Shown: positions 9,485 through 18,499 of the stretch, one piece after another
How positions within the stretch are numbered: position 1 is the stretch's first letter
Layout of the letters: each line of letters begins with the position of its first letter
Source: Candidatus Phycocordibacter aenigmaticus
Lineage (GTDB): Bacteria; Patescibacteriota; Minisyncoccia; Phycocordibacterales; Phycocordibacteraceae
DNA: 64,000 nt
Assembly: GCA_045401115.1 (NCBI GenBank)
Contig: CP174359.1
Span: 419,247 to 483,246 of the forward strand
Direction: 5' to 3'
Program-made: the position numbers and the translations under genes
The notes under the pieces: generated by a model
What the model saw: the letters and a program-made list of their open reading frames with translations, nothing else
What the model was told of the DNA's origin: nothing
The model's database searches: none

Positions 9485-10369
9485 ATGGAAATCGAAGAAC
9501 TCACTAAATCACAAATTGTTCTCTTGGTACTATTGGTGTCATTTATGACCTCAATAGCAACTGGTATTGTAACGGTTTCACTCCTTGCACAGGCACCGCC
9601 TGCGGTAACACAAACAGTAAACCGTGTGATTGAGCGCACTGTTGAGACCGTTGTGCCGGCTGAAGGGCAAACTGCGTCAGTAGTAAAAAAAGAAACCACC
9701 GTCGTCGTTAAAGAAGACGATCTTATTACTGAATCAATAGATGCAGGTTTTGAAAGAGTGGTACGGATTCACAAAACCCAAGCAACTTCTACACCTATTG
9801 TTGCCCTCGGCGCCATTATTGGTGACGGCACCGTTATCACTGACTTGTCTGTCGTAACTGGCGCACATGCCGTATCTATAGAAGGGGAAACGTATCAGTA
9901 TGAATTAAGTGCATCCATTAAGGAAGCGGGCATTGCTATCTTAAGTGCCACTGGTACTGCGCCAACCACAGAAGCGTTTACTTCAGTTGGAGTGAGTTCT
10001 CTTAAATTGGGACAAACCTTGATCGGGTTATATGGCACCACCATCGATCGTATTGCAATGAGTACGCTCTCAGGGAAGGCAACACTTACTATTGTGAATG
10101 ATGAGTCAAATACACCATCTTCAGATGAGGAGAAAAAAGACACCGGTTCACCAATACGGTCAATAAATGCAACAGTAGATGCAGCTATGACACCTGGCGC
10201 TCCGCTTATCACTGTCTTTGGAGAATTGGTTGGCATTAGTACGGAAGTTTCTCGCGAAGAAGGAAAAGGTACTTTTGTTGCCGTATCTGATATCTCAGCA
10301 TTGTTAAGTAAATCAGCAGAAGCGGCGCGAAAGAAAAATGAAACTGCGTCAACTACTGCGCAACAATAA
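9485..10369 (+). CDS. Membrane-anchored trypsin-like fold protein, probably catalytically inactive
   Basis: N-terminal TM; LKLGQT and PGAPLITVFGELVGI resemble HtrA-like proteases but the His/Ser motifs are substituted. Confidence 0.6.
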   Translation: MEIEELTKSQIVLLVLLVSFMTSIATGIVTVSLLAQAPPAVTQTVNRVIERTVETVVPAEGQTASVVKKETTVVVKEDDLITESIDAGFERVVRIHKTQATSTPIVALGAIIGDGTVITDLSVVTGAHAVSIEGETYQYELSASIKEAGIAILSATGTAPTTEAFTSVGVSSLKLGQTLIGLYGTTIDRIAMSTLSGKATLTIVNDESNTPSSDEEKKDTGSPIRSINATVDAAMTPGAPLITVFGELVGISTEVSREEGKGTFVAVSDISALLSKSAEAARKKNETASTTAQQ

Positions 10370-10423
10370 TTATTTTTTGGATAGACTGTACGTGCTCGGT
10401 CTCTTCATATAAGATACAAGTAT

Positions 10424-13126
10424 ATGCCGCCATTTAATAATTTCACCACCAAAGCAAAAGAAGCAGTTCGTAAAGCGCACGAGCTGGCAATTGAGCGTGG
10501 ACAGAACCAGGTGAGTGCTCTTCATATGGCTATTGCGCTCGTCCTGCAAGAAGATTCAGTTATTCTTTCTATTCTAGAGCGTCTTGATGTTGATACGGTA
10601 CTTTTTACCGATTCAATGCTCGACTTACTCGAAGAGCCGGCGACTAACGCAACAATTTCTCCAAGTTATCAACTTTATTTAACACCTGATCTTGCCCAAG
10701 CGCTTGAAGCAAGTGTAAAGATTGCAGATGGTTTAAATGAATCATTTGTTTCAGTTGAACATATTTTTCTTGGTATTCTCCAATACCCTGGTCCGGCCGC
10801 TGAACTTTTTAATCGTTTTCAAATAAACCGCAACACAGTGACTGCTGTTTTACAGGAGTTTCGTTCAAGTGGTGGCGAAGGCCCTGAAGCGCCGAAAAAA
10901 TATCGCGCACTTTCAAAATATACTCAAAACCTCACAAAACTTGCCAGTGAAAATAAACTTGATCCGGTCATTGGTCGTGATCAGGAAATTGGTCGTATCG
11001 TGCAGATACTTTCACGGCGTACTAAGAATAATCCGATTCTTATCGGTGAAGCAGGAGTAGGAAAAACCGCTATCGCTGAAGGATTGGCAGCGCGTATGGC
11101 GGTGGGTGATGTACCAGAGTCATTAAAAGACAAAGAATTACTTTCACTCGACCTCGGCCTTCTTATTGCCGGCACAAAATATCGTGGTGAGTTTGAAGAA
11201 CGCCTTAAGAGTATTATGAAGGAGGTTGAACGTGCTGAAGGGAACGTCATTTTATTTGTAGACGAACTCCACACCCTTGTTGGTGCTGGTGCGGCTGAAG
11301 GCTCTATTGATGCATCGAACATGTTGAAACCTGCGCTTGCGCGTGGTGAATTGCGAGTGATAGGGGCCACAACGCTGAAAGAGTATCAACAACATATTGA
11401 ACGTGATCCGGCGTTGACGAGACGCTTCCAACCAGTGCACGTCAATGAGCCTTCAATTGAAGACGCGATTGCCATTCTACGTGGTTTGCGTGAAAAATAT
11501 GAAGTATTCCATGGCGTGCGAATTACCGATGATGCTATTGTCGCAGCAGTAGAATTATCAAGTCGGTACATTTCTGATCGATTTCTCCCTGATAAATCAG
11601 TGGATTTAATTGACGAAGCTGCTTCAGCACTGCGTATTGCACTTGAAAATAAACCACCGGCGCTTGAAGAAACTGATCGCAAAATTCGTCGTTTGGAAAT
11701 TGAACTTGAGGCACTTCGAAAAGATGAAAAAGAAAAGGTGGGTAAAAAAGTTAAAGACCGCATCAGTCAAATTGAAAGAGAGGTAAGTGAGCTTCGCGAA
11801 AAAACCGCAGATCTTGAGGTGAAGTGGAAAAATGAAAAAGAAGTGCTTACTGACATTGGTGCGTTAAAGAAAGATATTGATCAACTTCGCTCTGACGCCG
11901 AATCTGCAGAGGCACACGCCGATCTTGCACGTGCTGCGGAAATTCGCTACGGCAAACTTCCTGAGTCAGAAAAGAAACTTAAGACAGCGCAAGCAAAGCT
12001 GAAACGGTTCCAGCGTTCACGACGTGTTCTTAAAGAGGAGGTGACTGAGGTTGATATTGCTGAAGTAGTAGCACGATGGACTGGAGTCCCGGTATCACGC
12101 ATGCTTGAAGAAGAAGCCAAAAAGCTTGCACGCATGGAAGACGCTCTTAAAGAGTCAGTTGTGGGACAAGAGGATGCGGTGCGCCTTGTTTCAGATGCAG
12201 TGAAGCGCTCAAGAGTGGGTATTGCAGACCCAAGTCGTCCTATTGGTTCATTCCTGTTCCTTGGACCAACTGGTGTGGGTAAAACAGAACTTTCTAAAGC
12301 ATTAGCGCAATTCATGTTTGATGATGAGAATGCGATTATCCGTGTGGATATGAGTGAGTTCATGGAGAAGCATGCCATTTCTAAAATGATTGGTTCTCCT
12401 CCTGGATATGTTGGTCATGAAGAAGGGGGGTCATTGACTGAGAAAGTACGCCATCGTCCGTACTCAGTGATACTTTTTGATGAAATTGAAAAGGCACATC
12501 CTGAGGTATTTAATATTCTCTTACAGGTGCTTGATAATGGTCATCTCACTGATGCGAAAGGGCGCAAGGTAAACTTCAAAAATTCAATTATCATTCTCAC
12601 CTCAAATATTGGCGCAGAATTTATCGATAAAATGTCTAGCTTCGGCTTCGCTGCGTCTGCTGAGGAAAATGAACAGGCTGAGTACTCAATTGTGAAAGAC
12701 AAAGTAATGGAGCGTTTGAAGGATTATTTCAGACCGGAATTCCTCAACCGTCTTGACGAGATTATTCTGTTTAATATTCTCTCTCAAGAAGCAATCCGCA
12801 ATATTGTTGAGATGCAGGTTGCTATTGTCGAGAAGCGTCTTAAAGAGAAAGATATTACTCTCCTTATTAAACCGGCAGTGTACGATTATTTAGCTAAGGA
12901 AGGTTACAATCCGCAGTACGGTGCTCGGCCACTGAAACGGCTTATCCAATCAAAAATCATGACCCCTGTAGCATCATTCATGGTAAGTCGCGGCGTGCTT
13001 GAGGGTGGCACAGTACAAGTTGATATGAAAGATGGCGAATTCGTTTTTGATGTGGTTAAGAGCGCTCGCGCCAAAAAATTGAAGCGCACCAAAGCACCCA
13101 CATCAGTAGGTTCAAAAACTTCATAA
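10424..13126 (+). CDS. clpB: ATP-dependent disaggregase ClpB
   Basis: Clp-N domain, two Walker A motifs ([16 protein letters not shown]), coiled-coil middle domain with AAEIRYG. Confidence 0.95.
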   Translation: MPPFNNFTTKAKEAVRKAHELAIERGQNQVSALHMAIALVLQEDSVILSILERLDVDTVLFTDSMLDLLEEPATNATISPSYQLYLTPDLAQALEASVKIADGLNESFVSVEHIFLGILQYPGPAAELFNRFQINRNTVTAVLQEFRSSGGEGPEAPKKYRALSKYTQNLTKLASENKLDPVIGRDQEIGRIVQILSRRTKNNPILIGEAGVGKTAIAEGLAARMAVGDVPESLKDKELLSLDLGLLIAGTKYRGEFEERLKSIMKEVERAEGNVILFVDELHTLVGAGAAEGSIDASNMLKPALARGELRVIGATTLKEYQQHIERDPALTRRFQPVHVNEPSIEDAIAILRGLREKYEVFHGVRITDDAIVAAVELSSRYISDRFLPDKSVDLIDEAASALRIALENKPPALEETDRKIRRLEIELEALRKDEKEKVGKKVKDRISQIEREVSELREKTADLEVKWKNEKEVLTDIGALKKDIDQLRSDAESAEAHADLARAAEIRYGKLPESEKKLKTAQAKLKRFQRSRRVLKEEVTEVDIAEVVARWTGVPVSRMLEEEAKKLARMEDALKESVVGQEDAVRLVSDAVKRSRVGIADPSRPIGSFLFLGPTGVGKTELSKALAQFMFDDENAIIRVDMSEFMEKHAISKMIGSPPGYVGHEEGGSLTEKVRHRPYSVILFDEIEKAHPEVFNILLQVLDNGHLTDAKGRKVNFKNSIIILTSNIGAEFIDKMSSFGFAASAEENEQAEYSIVKDKVMERLKDYFRPEFLNRLDEIILFNILSQEAIRNIVEMQVAIVEKRLKEKDITLLIKPAVYDYLAKEGYNPQYGARPLKRLIQSKIMTPVASFMVSRGVLEGGTVQVDMKDGEFVFDVVKSARAKKLKRTKAPTSVGSKTS

Positions 13127-13168
13127 AAAGTGTTAGATTAGTGTAACCTCACCTTTATGGAGAGGTAT

Positions 13169-13251
13169 GCGTCGGTGGCAGAGCGGTCAAATGCATCAGA
13201 CTGTAAATCTGACGACTTTAGTCTACGCTGGTTCGAATCCAGCCCGGCGCA
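13169..13251 (+). tRNA. tRNA-Tyr(GTA)
   Basis: GCGTCGG/CCGGCGC acceptor, TCAGA-CTGTAAA-TCTGA, long variable arm, GGTTCGAATCC. Confidence 0.95.
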
Positions 13252-13615
13252 CAAATTAAAAACTCGAGCTTTTGCTCGGGTTTTTAATTTGTTGCATGCC
13301 GTGAGCAGGATTCGAACCCGTAGGGGGTCGGGGGCGGCGGAACGCCCCCGTGGAGGAGTTAGGCCGTAGGCCGACATAGAACCGCGGGTTCTATGAGCGC
13401 AGCGAAGCGAGCAGTGAGATTCCAGCCCGGCGCACTGTGAATGTTAAAGCCCAACCAATTTGGTTGGGCTTTTTTACATTCACGCGCCGGGCTGGATTCG
13501 AAAGAAGAGGGGGTCGGGGAGAGGATAGTCTCCCCGTGGAGGAGGCTACACGGAACCGTGGGTTCCGTGAGCGCAGGCGAGAATACGCCGAGTAGTGAGA
13601 TCCCAGCCCGGTACA
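13252..13615 (+). repeat. tRNA-3'-linked element, 2 tandem units (core type A)
   Basis: Antisense arms at 13297-13318 and 13484-13502 (second is a perfect 19-nt match); sense copies at 13421-13435 and 13603-13615; two homologous cores. Confidence 0.9.
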
Positions 13616-13620
13616 TCTCC

Positions 13621-13650
13621 ATAAACGGCTCACCCCACTGAGCCGTTTAT
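13621..13650. repeat. REP-like palindrome AAACGGCTCA-N-TGAGCCGTTT (copy 1 of 7)
   Basis: Same palindrome at ~16812, 30056, 30088, 34454, 45970, 54646. Confidence 0.85.
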
Positions 13651-13712
13651 TTCGTTGGGGAAAGCTTCACAGAGAGGCTTTGGAAGGCATTTTACGCGTG
13701 TATAATGGCCTT

Positions 13713-14720
13713 ATGAAGAGTTTTTTCATAGTGGGAGCCGTAATAGTTTTGTTCGTCCTCCCGTTGAGCGCACTCGCTTCGAATCATTTTACTAGCGACG
13801 GGTTTTCTTTGGTACCAGAAGTTGTCCGCAATATAACCAACCCTCAGGCGGTACAAGCATGTGACCTCGTAACGTTGATAGATAACATAGTAAGTTTTGC
13901 TACATATATTGCAGTATTTATTGCGACTATTATGTTTGCCTATGCTGGGTTCCTCTATGTTACAGCGGCATCGCGCCCAGAAAACCTCAATCAAGCAAAA
14001 GGTATTTTTGGTAAAGTATTTCTCGGGCTCATTCTTGTGCTTGGGGCATGGCTCATTATTAACTTAGTGATGTCTGTGCTGTTCAATGATGATATTGGCG
14101 GTAATTGGACGTCTTTAGGAGATTGCGGTGAACGACTAGAATTTAATCCTGAGGACTATGCGCCAGTTAATCCTGGTGTAAACACATATGTGCCGGACGA
14201 TCCTTATGATCTTGACCAGCGACGTGAAGCTGATTTAAGGGATTGGTTTGCGAGTTGTTATGTAGGAGTGAAAGATGTGAGCTCTACAAGGGTGAGTGGT
14301 ACGAGTGACGCAGCTGCAGTGTATGCCTGCGACCTTAAAAGAGATTGTGAAGCCACTCTTGGAGACAACACTCCACGTGATAGGACTCAGCCAGTTGATA
14401 TACATGATGACGACTCGGGAGTGTGCGGTATTGTAATCACCGGCGGCTCTGAAGGTGGTCATGCTGGTGGCACTCGCCCCGGTTCACATGGTGCTGGCGA
14501 TAAGCTCGATTTTCGAGTAACAGCAACTTTACAAAGTTACATCCAAGCACAGGAAGACGCAGGTCGCTTTACTCCTGTAGAGCCGCCGAGTTTTGGTGAT
14601 AGACAGTGGGTGGATACTGAAACAAACGCTGTGTGGACCCTAGAAGATGAGGGTGGGTCTAATCAGCATTATGATGTGTGTATAGAAAATTGCCGTACTC
14701 CATCTGCACAAGGCTCTTGA
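13713..14720 (+). CDS. Pilin-like N-terminus fused to a C-terminal M15-like metallopeptidase domain
   Basis: Signal peptide plus VirB2-like TM pair (YAGFLYV..AKGIF..GLILVLGAWLII); C-terminal ITGGSEGGH..H-x6-D (HGAGDKLD)..HYD. Confidence 0.65.
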   Translation: MKSFFIVGAVIVLFVLPLSALASNHFTSDGFSLVPEVVRNITNPQAVQACDLVTLIDNIVSFATYIAVFIATIMFAYAGFLYVTAASRPENLNQAKGIFGKVFLGLILVLGAWLIINLVMSVLFNDDIGGNWTSLGDCGERLEFNPEDYAPVNPGVNTYVPDDPYDLDQRREADLRDWFASCYVGVKDVSSTRVSGTSDAAAVYACDLKRDCEATLGDNTPRDRTQPVDIHDDDSGVCGIVITGGSEGGHAGGTRPGSHGAGDKLDFRVTATLQSYIQAQEDAGRFTPVEPPSFGDRQWVDTETNAVWTLEDEGGSNQHYDVCIENCRTPSAQGS

Positions 14721-14752
14721 CCCGCTACTCACTTTAGGATACAGTATCTTTC

Positions 14753-14914
14753 ATGTCACAAGATAATCTCATAAAGCTTAAATCAAGCGCTACTGGTCGC
14801 ATTATTTGGACCCGAAAGAATAGAAAGAAATTGGCAAATGCACCAAAGCTTGAACTTAAGAAGTACGATCCAGCCGTGCGTAAACACGTAGTATATAAAG
14901 AAACAAAGAAATAA
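14753..14914 (+). CDS. rpmG: 50S ribosomal protein L33 (Cys-free form); absent from ORF track
   Basis: Hand translation [53 protein letters not shown]. Confidence 0.93.
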   Translation: MSQDNLIKLKSSATGRIIWTRKNRKKLANAPKLELKKYDPAVRKHVVYKETKK

Positions 14915-14934
14915 GCTTTTTGTATATTTGTATT

Positions 14935-14972
14935 TTTTAAAAAACCGCCATACATATGGCGGTTTTTTAAAA
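14935..14972. terminator. Bidirectional intrinsic terminator
   Basis: AAAAAACCGCCATA-CA-TATGGCGGTTTTTT between convergent rpmG and tRNA-Trp/miaA. Confidence 0.75.
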
Positions 14973-15029
14973 TAGGGAAGCCTCCCGCCTGTATGCAAAA
15001 ACAGTGCGCAGGCACTGTTTTTTGTCAGG

Positions 15030-15100
15030 CGGGCCCACTAGGATTCGAACCTAGATCGACGGTTTTGGAGACCGTTATTCTGCCATTGAACTATAGGCCC
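15030..15100 (-). tRNA. tRNA-Trp(CCA)
   Basis: Reverse complement GGGCCTA...ACGGT-CTCCAAA-ACCGT...CTAGGTTCGAATCCTAGTGGGCCCG. Confidence 0.95.
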
Positions 15101-15156
15101 AGCTCAGGACAAGTGTACTGTAAAATGCTTCTTTTTAAAAGCGTTGTATCTGAATG

Positions 15157-16053
15157 CTATTTTGCAAGGAAGTCTTCTATAAGCGCCTTCGCCTTCTTTG
15201 TTTCAGAAGGATTGATCCATATAATCTCTTCGTTGCGTTTCAACCATGTCATTTGTCGTTTAGCATACTGTTTTGTTGCCTGCTCGAGTTCCTGGACCAT
15301 TTCATCATATGAAAGGGTGCCGACAAGGTGTCGTGCCATATACCGGTACTCAAGACCAAGCTCTTCCATGCGGTCATAGGAAAGTCCGCTCGCATGAAGG
15401 TTTATTGCTTCTTGAAGCATATCCTCCTTTTCGAGGCGTTCCATCAGTCTAGTATGAATACGTTCATGGAGGGTTTGTTGAGGATGAGAGATACCGATCC
15501 ATAACGTCTCGTAGATGGCGTCTTTTTGAGGTGGTGGATTTTTACCAAGTGCTTCAACAATTTCAATAGCACGAATCAGCCGGCGGGGATTCTTTTGGTC
15601 AATGGTCTCAAACCGCTCCGGGTCTTTATGTCTTAAGACCTCCTGTAGTTGTTCGGTTGTGTATGTTTCTAATTTTGTACGTAAGGTTTCATTTGGTGGT
15701 GCGTCAGCAATCGAAGTGTATCCCAAAAGCGCATCAATATAGAATCCTGTCCCGCCGGCGATAATAGGCACCTTTTCACGCGCAAAAATATCCTCAATCG
15801 CTTCTCGACCTTTTTGCACGAATTCTGATGCGGTGAACACCTGCTGCGGGCTGACAACATCAAGGAGGTGATGTGGTACGCCGTCCATTTCCTTCTCAGT
15901 GACCTTACCTGATCCAATATCCAAACCTCGGTATACTTGCCGGGAATCCGCAGAAATTACCTCTCCGTTATATTCTTTGGCAAGAGTGATTGAAAGAGAG
16001 GTTTTTCCAGATGCGGTTGGGCCAACCACACACACGACTTTTCTTTTTTCCAT
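15157..16053 (-). CDS. miaA: tRNA dimethylallyltransferase
   Basis: GPTASGKT, SADSRQVY, PHHLLD, GGTGFY, YAKRQMTW. Confidence 0.96.
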   Translation of the reverse strand: MEKRKVVCVVGPTASGKTSLSITLAKEYNGEVISADSRQVYRGLDIGSGKVTEKEMDGVPHHLLDVVSPQQVFTASEFVQKGREAIEDIFAREKVPIIAGGTGFYIDALLGYTSIADAPPNETLRTKLETYTTEQLQEVLRHKDPERFETIDQKNPRRLIRAIEIVEALGKNPPPQKDAIYETLWIGISHPQQTLHERIHTRLMERLEKEDMLQEAINLHASGLSYDRMEELGLEYRYMARHLVGTLSYDEMVQELEQATKQYAKRQMTWLKRNEEIIWINPSETKKAKALIEDFLAK

Positions 16054-16151
16054 AGATGCACTATACCGCTTCAAGACGTTTCTAAAAACCCATTTCAGAA
16101 AATCAAAAAAATTGGTACCATAGAGAGAGAATAATAATATATATAATCAAT

Positions 16152-16790
16152 ATGAATCATCATACAGATACAGAAGAGGACACTGTCGGCTTTACGCAGA
16201 TGGTAAAAGTAGGGCATCCTGTACCGGATATCGAATTCGAAGTGTATCAGAATGAAGAAATAAAAAAGACTCGTTTTGGAGATTATAAAGGAAAGTGGAT
16301 TATCCTTTTCTTTTATCCTGCCGACTTTACGTTTGTATGTCCAACTGAACTTGAAGAGCTTGCTGATTGCTATGAAGAATGTAAAGGTCTTGATACTGAA
16401 GTTATTAGTGTTTCAAGTGATACCGTGTTTACGCATAAAGCATGGCATGATGCATCAAAAGCAATAGGAAAGATTACTTTCCCTATGGCAGCAGATCCCG
16501 CAGCACGACTTTCTGTAGCATTTGGTACGTATGTTGAAGGAGACTCATTTAATCATACTGATGATGAGGGATTGTCCCTACGCGGTACGTTCATTATTGA
16601 TCCAGATGGTATTTTACGAACCATGGAAATTCATGACAATTCCATTGGACGATCTGCTCATGAGTTAGTGCGTAAATTAAAAGCAGCACAGTTTGTCCGT
16701 AAAAATGGTGGACAAGTATGTCCTGCTAGTTGGGAAGAAGGAGACGATACGCTTAAAGGAGGTGATCTTGATTTAGTTGGAAAGATTTAA
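16152..16790 (+). CDS. ahpC: 2-Cys peroxiredoxin AhpC
   Basis: FYPADFTFVCPTE and resolving VCPASW. Confidence 0.95.
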   Translation: MNHHTDTEEDTVGFTQMVKVGHPVPDIEFEVYQNEEIKKTRFGDYKGKWIILFFYPADFTFVCPTELEELADCYEECKGLDTEVISVSSDTVFTHKAWHDASKAIGKITFPMAADPAARLSVAFGTYVEGDSFNHTDDEGLSLRGTFIIDPDGILRTMEIHDNSIGRSAHELVRKLKAAQFVRKNGGQVCPASWEEGDDTLKGGDLDLVGKI

Positions 16791-16811
16791 AAGATTTACT
16801 TTTGTAACAGT

Positions 16812-16844
16812 AAAAAAACGGCTCACTGTAGTGAGCCGTTTTTT
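16812..16844. terminator. REP-like palindrome acting as terminator after ahpC
   Basis: AAAAAAACGGCTCAC-TGTA-GTGAGCCGTTTTTT. Confidence 0.75.
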
Positions 16845-16887
16845 GTATGGCTGAGGTGGGGCCGTCCCGGAATAGCGGACTTTTTGC

Positions 16888-17087
16888 TGCACAGAGTTGG
16901 AGTCGGCGTCAGCTCACATCGCTATAATTGTTCGCTCCACTCCAATTCTAGCGTGTGGCTCCTGCCCGGACTCGCCGACAAGCACTCGCTCTCGCTCGTC
17001 TTGTGTACCGGCTCCGTCTTTCGACTCCCATCTGGTTGCGACAAATAAAAATCACCGCACACTTTCGTGTACGGTTCATTTATTTTG
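16888..17087 (-). repeat. tRNA-3'-linked element, 1 unit (core type B)
   Basis: On minus strand: hairpin, antisense CCAGATGGGAGTCGAA, core AGACGGAGCCGG...CTGACGC, degenerate sense copy CGACTCCAACTCTGTGCA. Confidence 0.85.
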
Positions 17088-17169
17088 TGCCCAGAGTGGG
17101 AGTCGAACCCACATCCCCGAAGAGACACGATTTTGAGTCGTGCGCGTATACCAATTCCGCCATCTGGGC
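17088..17169 (-). tRNA. tRNA-Leu(CAA)
   Basis: Reverse complement GCCCAGA...CACGA-CTCAAAA-TCGTG...GGTTCGACTCCCACTCTGGGCA. Confidence 0.95.
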
Positions 17170-17290
17170 AGGTGTGATTATCCTACTGTGTAATTGCGTG
17201 TATGTCCAATTCTAAGAAATTATGTGAGTTTAGTAAAAAATAAGGATGTACACAACAATAAGATTACTCTGACATGCTAAAATAAGTTCC

Positions 17291-18490
17291 ATGTCCAACT
17301 ACCAAAACGATTCAATTTTTTGGGTTGCCGTTGATAAGGTTCGGCCAAACCCGTTTCAGCCGCGCACTGAATTTGATGAATCAAAACTGAAGACGCTTGC
17401 CGACTCTATTCGGCAATATGGCGTACTACAACCATTAGTGGTGACACGCCACGAAGAAGAAAAAGATGATGGGGGTATATCAACCTATTATGAGCTCATT
17501 GCTGGTGAGCGTAGGCTTCGTGCGTCTAAAATTGCGGGTCTTTCTCAGGTGCCGGTTATCATTCGTTCATTTGAAGAACATGACCACATGAAATTGGAAC
17601 TTGCAATTATTGAAAACCTCCAACGTGAAGACCTTAATGCTATTGACCGTGCCCGTGCTTTCCAACGGTTACAAAAAGAATTTGATTTAAATAATACGCA
17701 AATCGGTAAGAAAGTAGGGAAGAGTAGGGAATATGTATCCAACTCATTACGCTTATTGAATCTTCCAGAATTCATGCAGCAAGCCGTTATGGGCGGTAAG
17801 TTGGCTGAAGGACATGCTCGTGCACTTTTAATGCTTGATGGAAGACCTCAGGAGCAAGAGACAGTGTTTCGGGATATTCTGCTTCGTAAACTCTCAGTTC
17901 GTGAGGTTGAAAAAATTACTCGTCAAATTGCGACTGATAAAGTACGTAAAAAAGATCCGCGTCCGGAAATCACCGCGCTTGAACGTGCTTTTGCAGAGCG
18001 TTTTGGTACCCCTGTTGAGATTAAAGAAAAAGAAAATGGTGGAAAACTGATTATTAATTTTTATTCAACTGACGATCTTGAAGGTATCTTGTTGCAGGTA
18101 GAAAACACTAAAAAAGAAACACCACTACCACCACACATACCGTCGGATAGAGTAACTGAACCTCAAACAGTTGAACAACAGCAGCCTACTGAAAAAAATA
18201 CAGAATCCCCGCATTCGACTGTGCATACAGAATTATCTATTAAAAATACAGACACTCCAGCGCCATCAATGCACTCAATATCTCAGCAAGACACGCCACA
18301 AGATGTTCCGGAAGAAGGTGAAAACGATTCAGTTATGAGAGCGCAGGAATTAGATACAGATGAATCACCAAATCCAGTCACTCCAGAGTCAGATTCTTCA
18401 GTTGAACTGCTCGATGACCGTTCTGACGAAGAAAAAAAGATGAAGATGATAATTTCTCCATCGCTAATTTTTCAATTTAATACATTTTAG
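17291..18490 (+). CDS. parB: ParB/Spo0J chromosome partition protein with acidic disordered tail
   Basis: PNPFQPR, GVLQP, LIAGERRLRA, IIENLQREDL, HTH GKSREYVSNSLRLL. Confidence 0.93.
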   Translation: MSNYQNDSIFWVAVDKVRPNPFQPRTEFDESKLKTLADSIRQYGVLQPLVVTRHEEEKDDGGISTYYELIAGERRLRASKIAGLSQVPVIIRSFEEHDHMKLELAIIENLQREDLNAIDRARAFQRLQKEFDLNNTQIGKKVGKSREYVSNSLRLLNLPEFMQQAVMGGKLAEGHARALLMLDGRPQEQETVFRDILLRKLSVREVEKITRQIATDKVRKKDPRPEITALERAFAERFGTPVEIKEKENGGKLIINFYSTDDLEGILLQVENTKKETPLPPHIPSDRVTEPQTVEQQQPTEKNTESPHSTVHTELSIKNTDTPAPSMHSISQQDTPQDVPEEGENDSVMRAQELDTDESPNPVTPESDSSVELLDDRSDEEKKMKMIISPSLIFQFNTF

Positions 18491-18499
18491 TGTTCTGTA

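Noticed and set aside
13252-13615. tRNA-linked tandem units as a CRISPR array
   Set aside because: The repeats are tRNA-derived and partly inverted, the intervening sequences are homologous to each other, and there are no cas genes.
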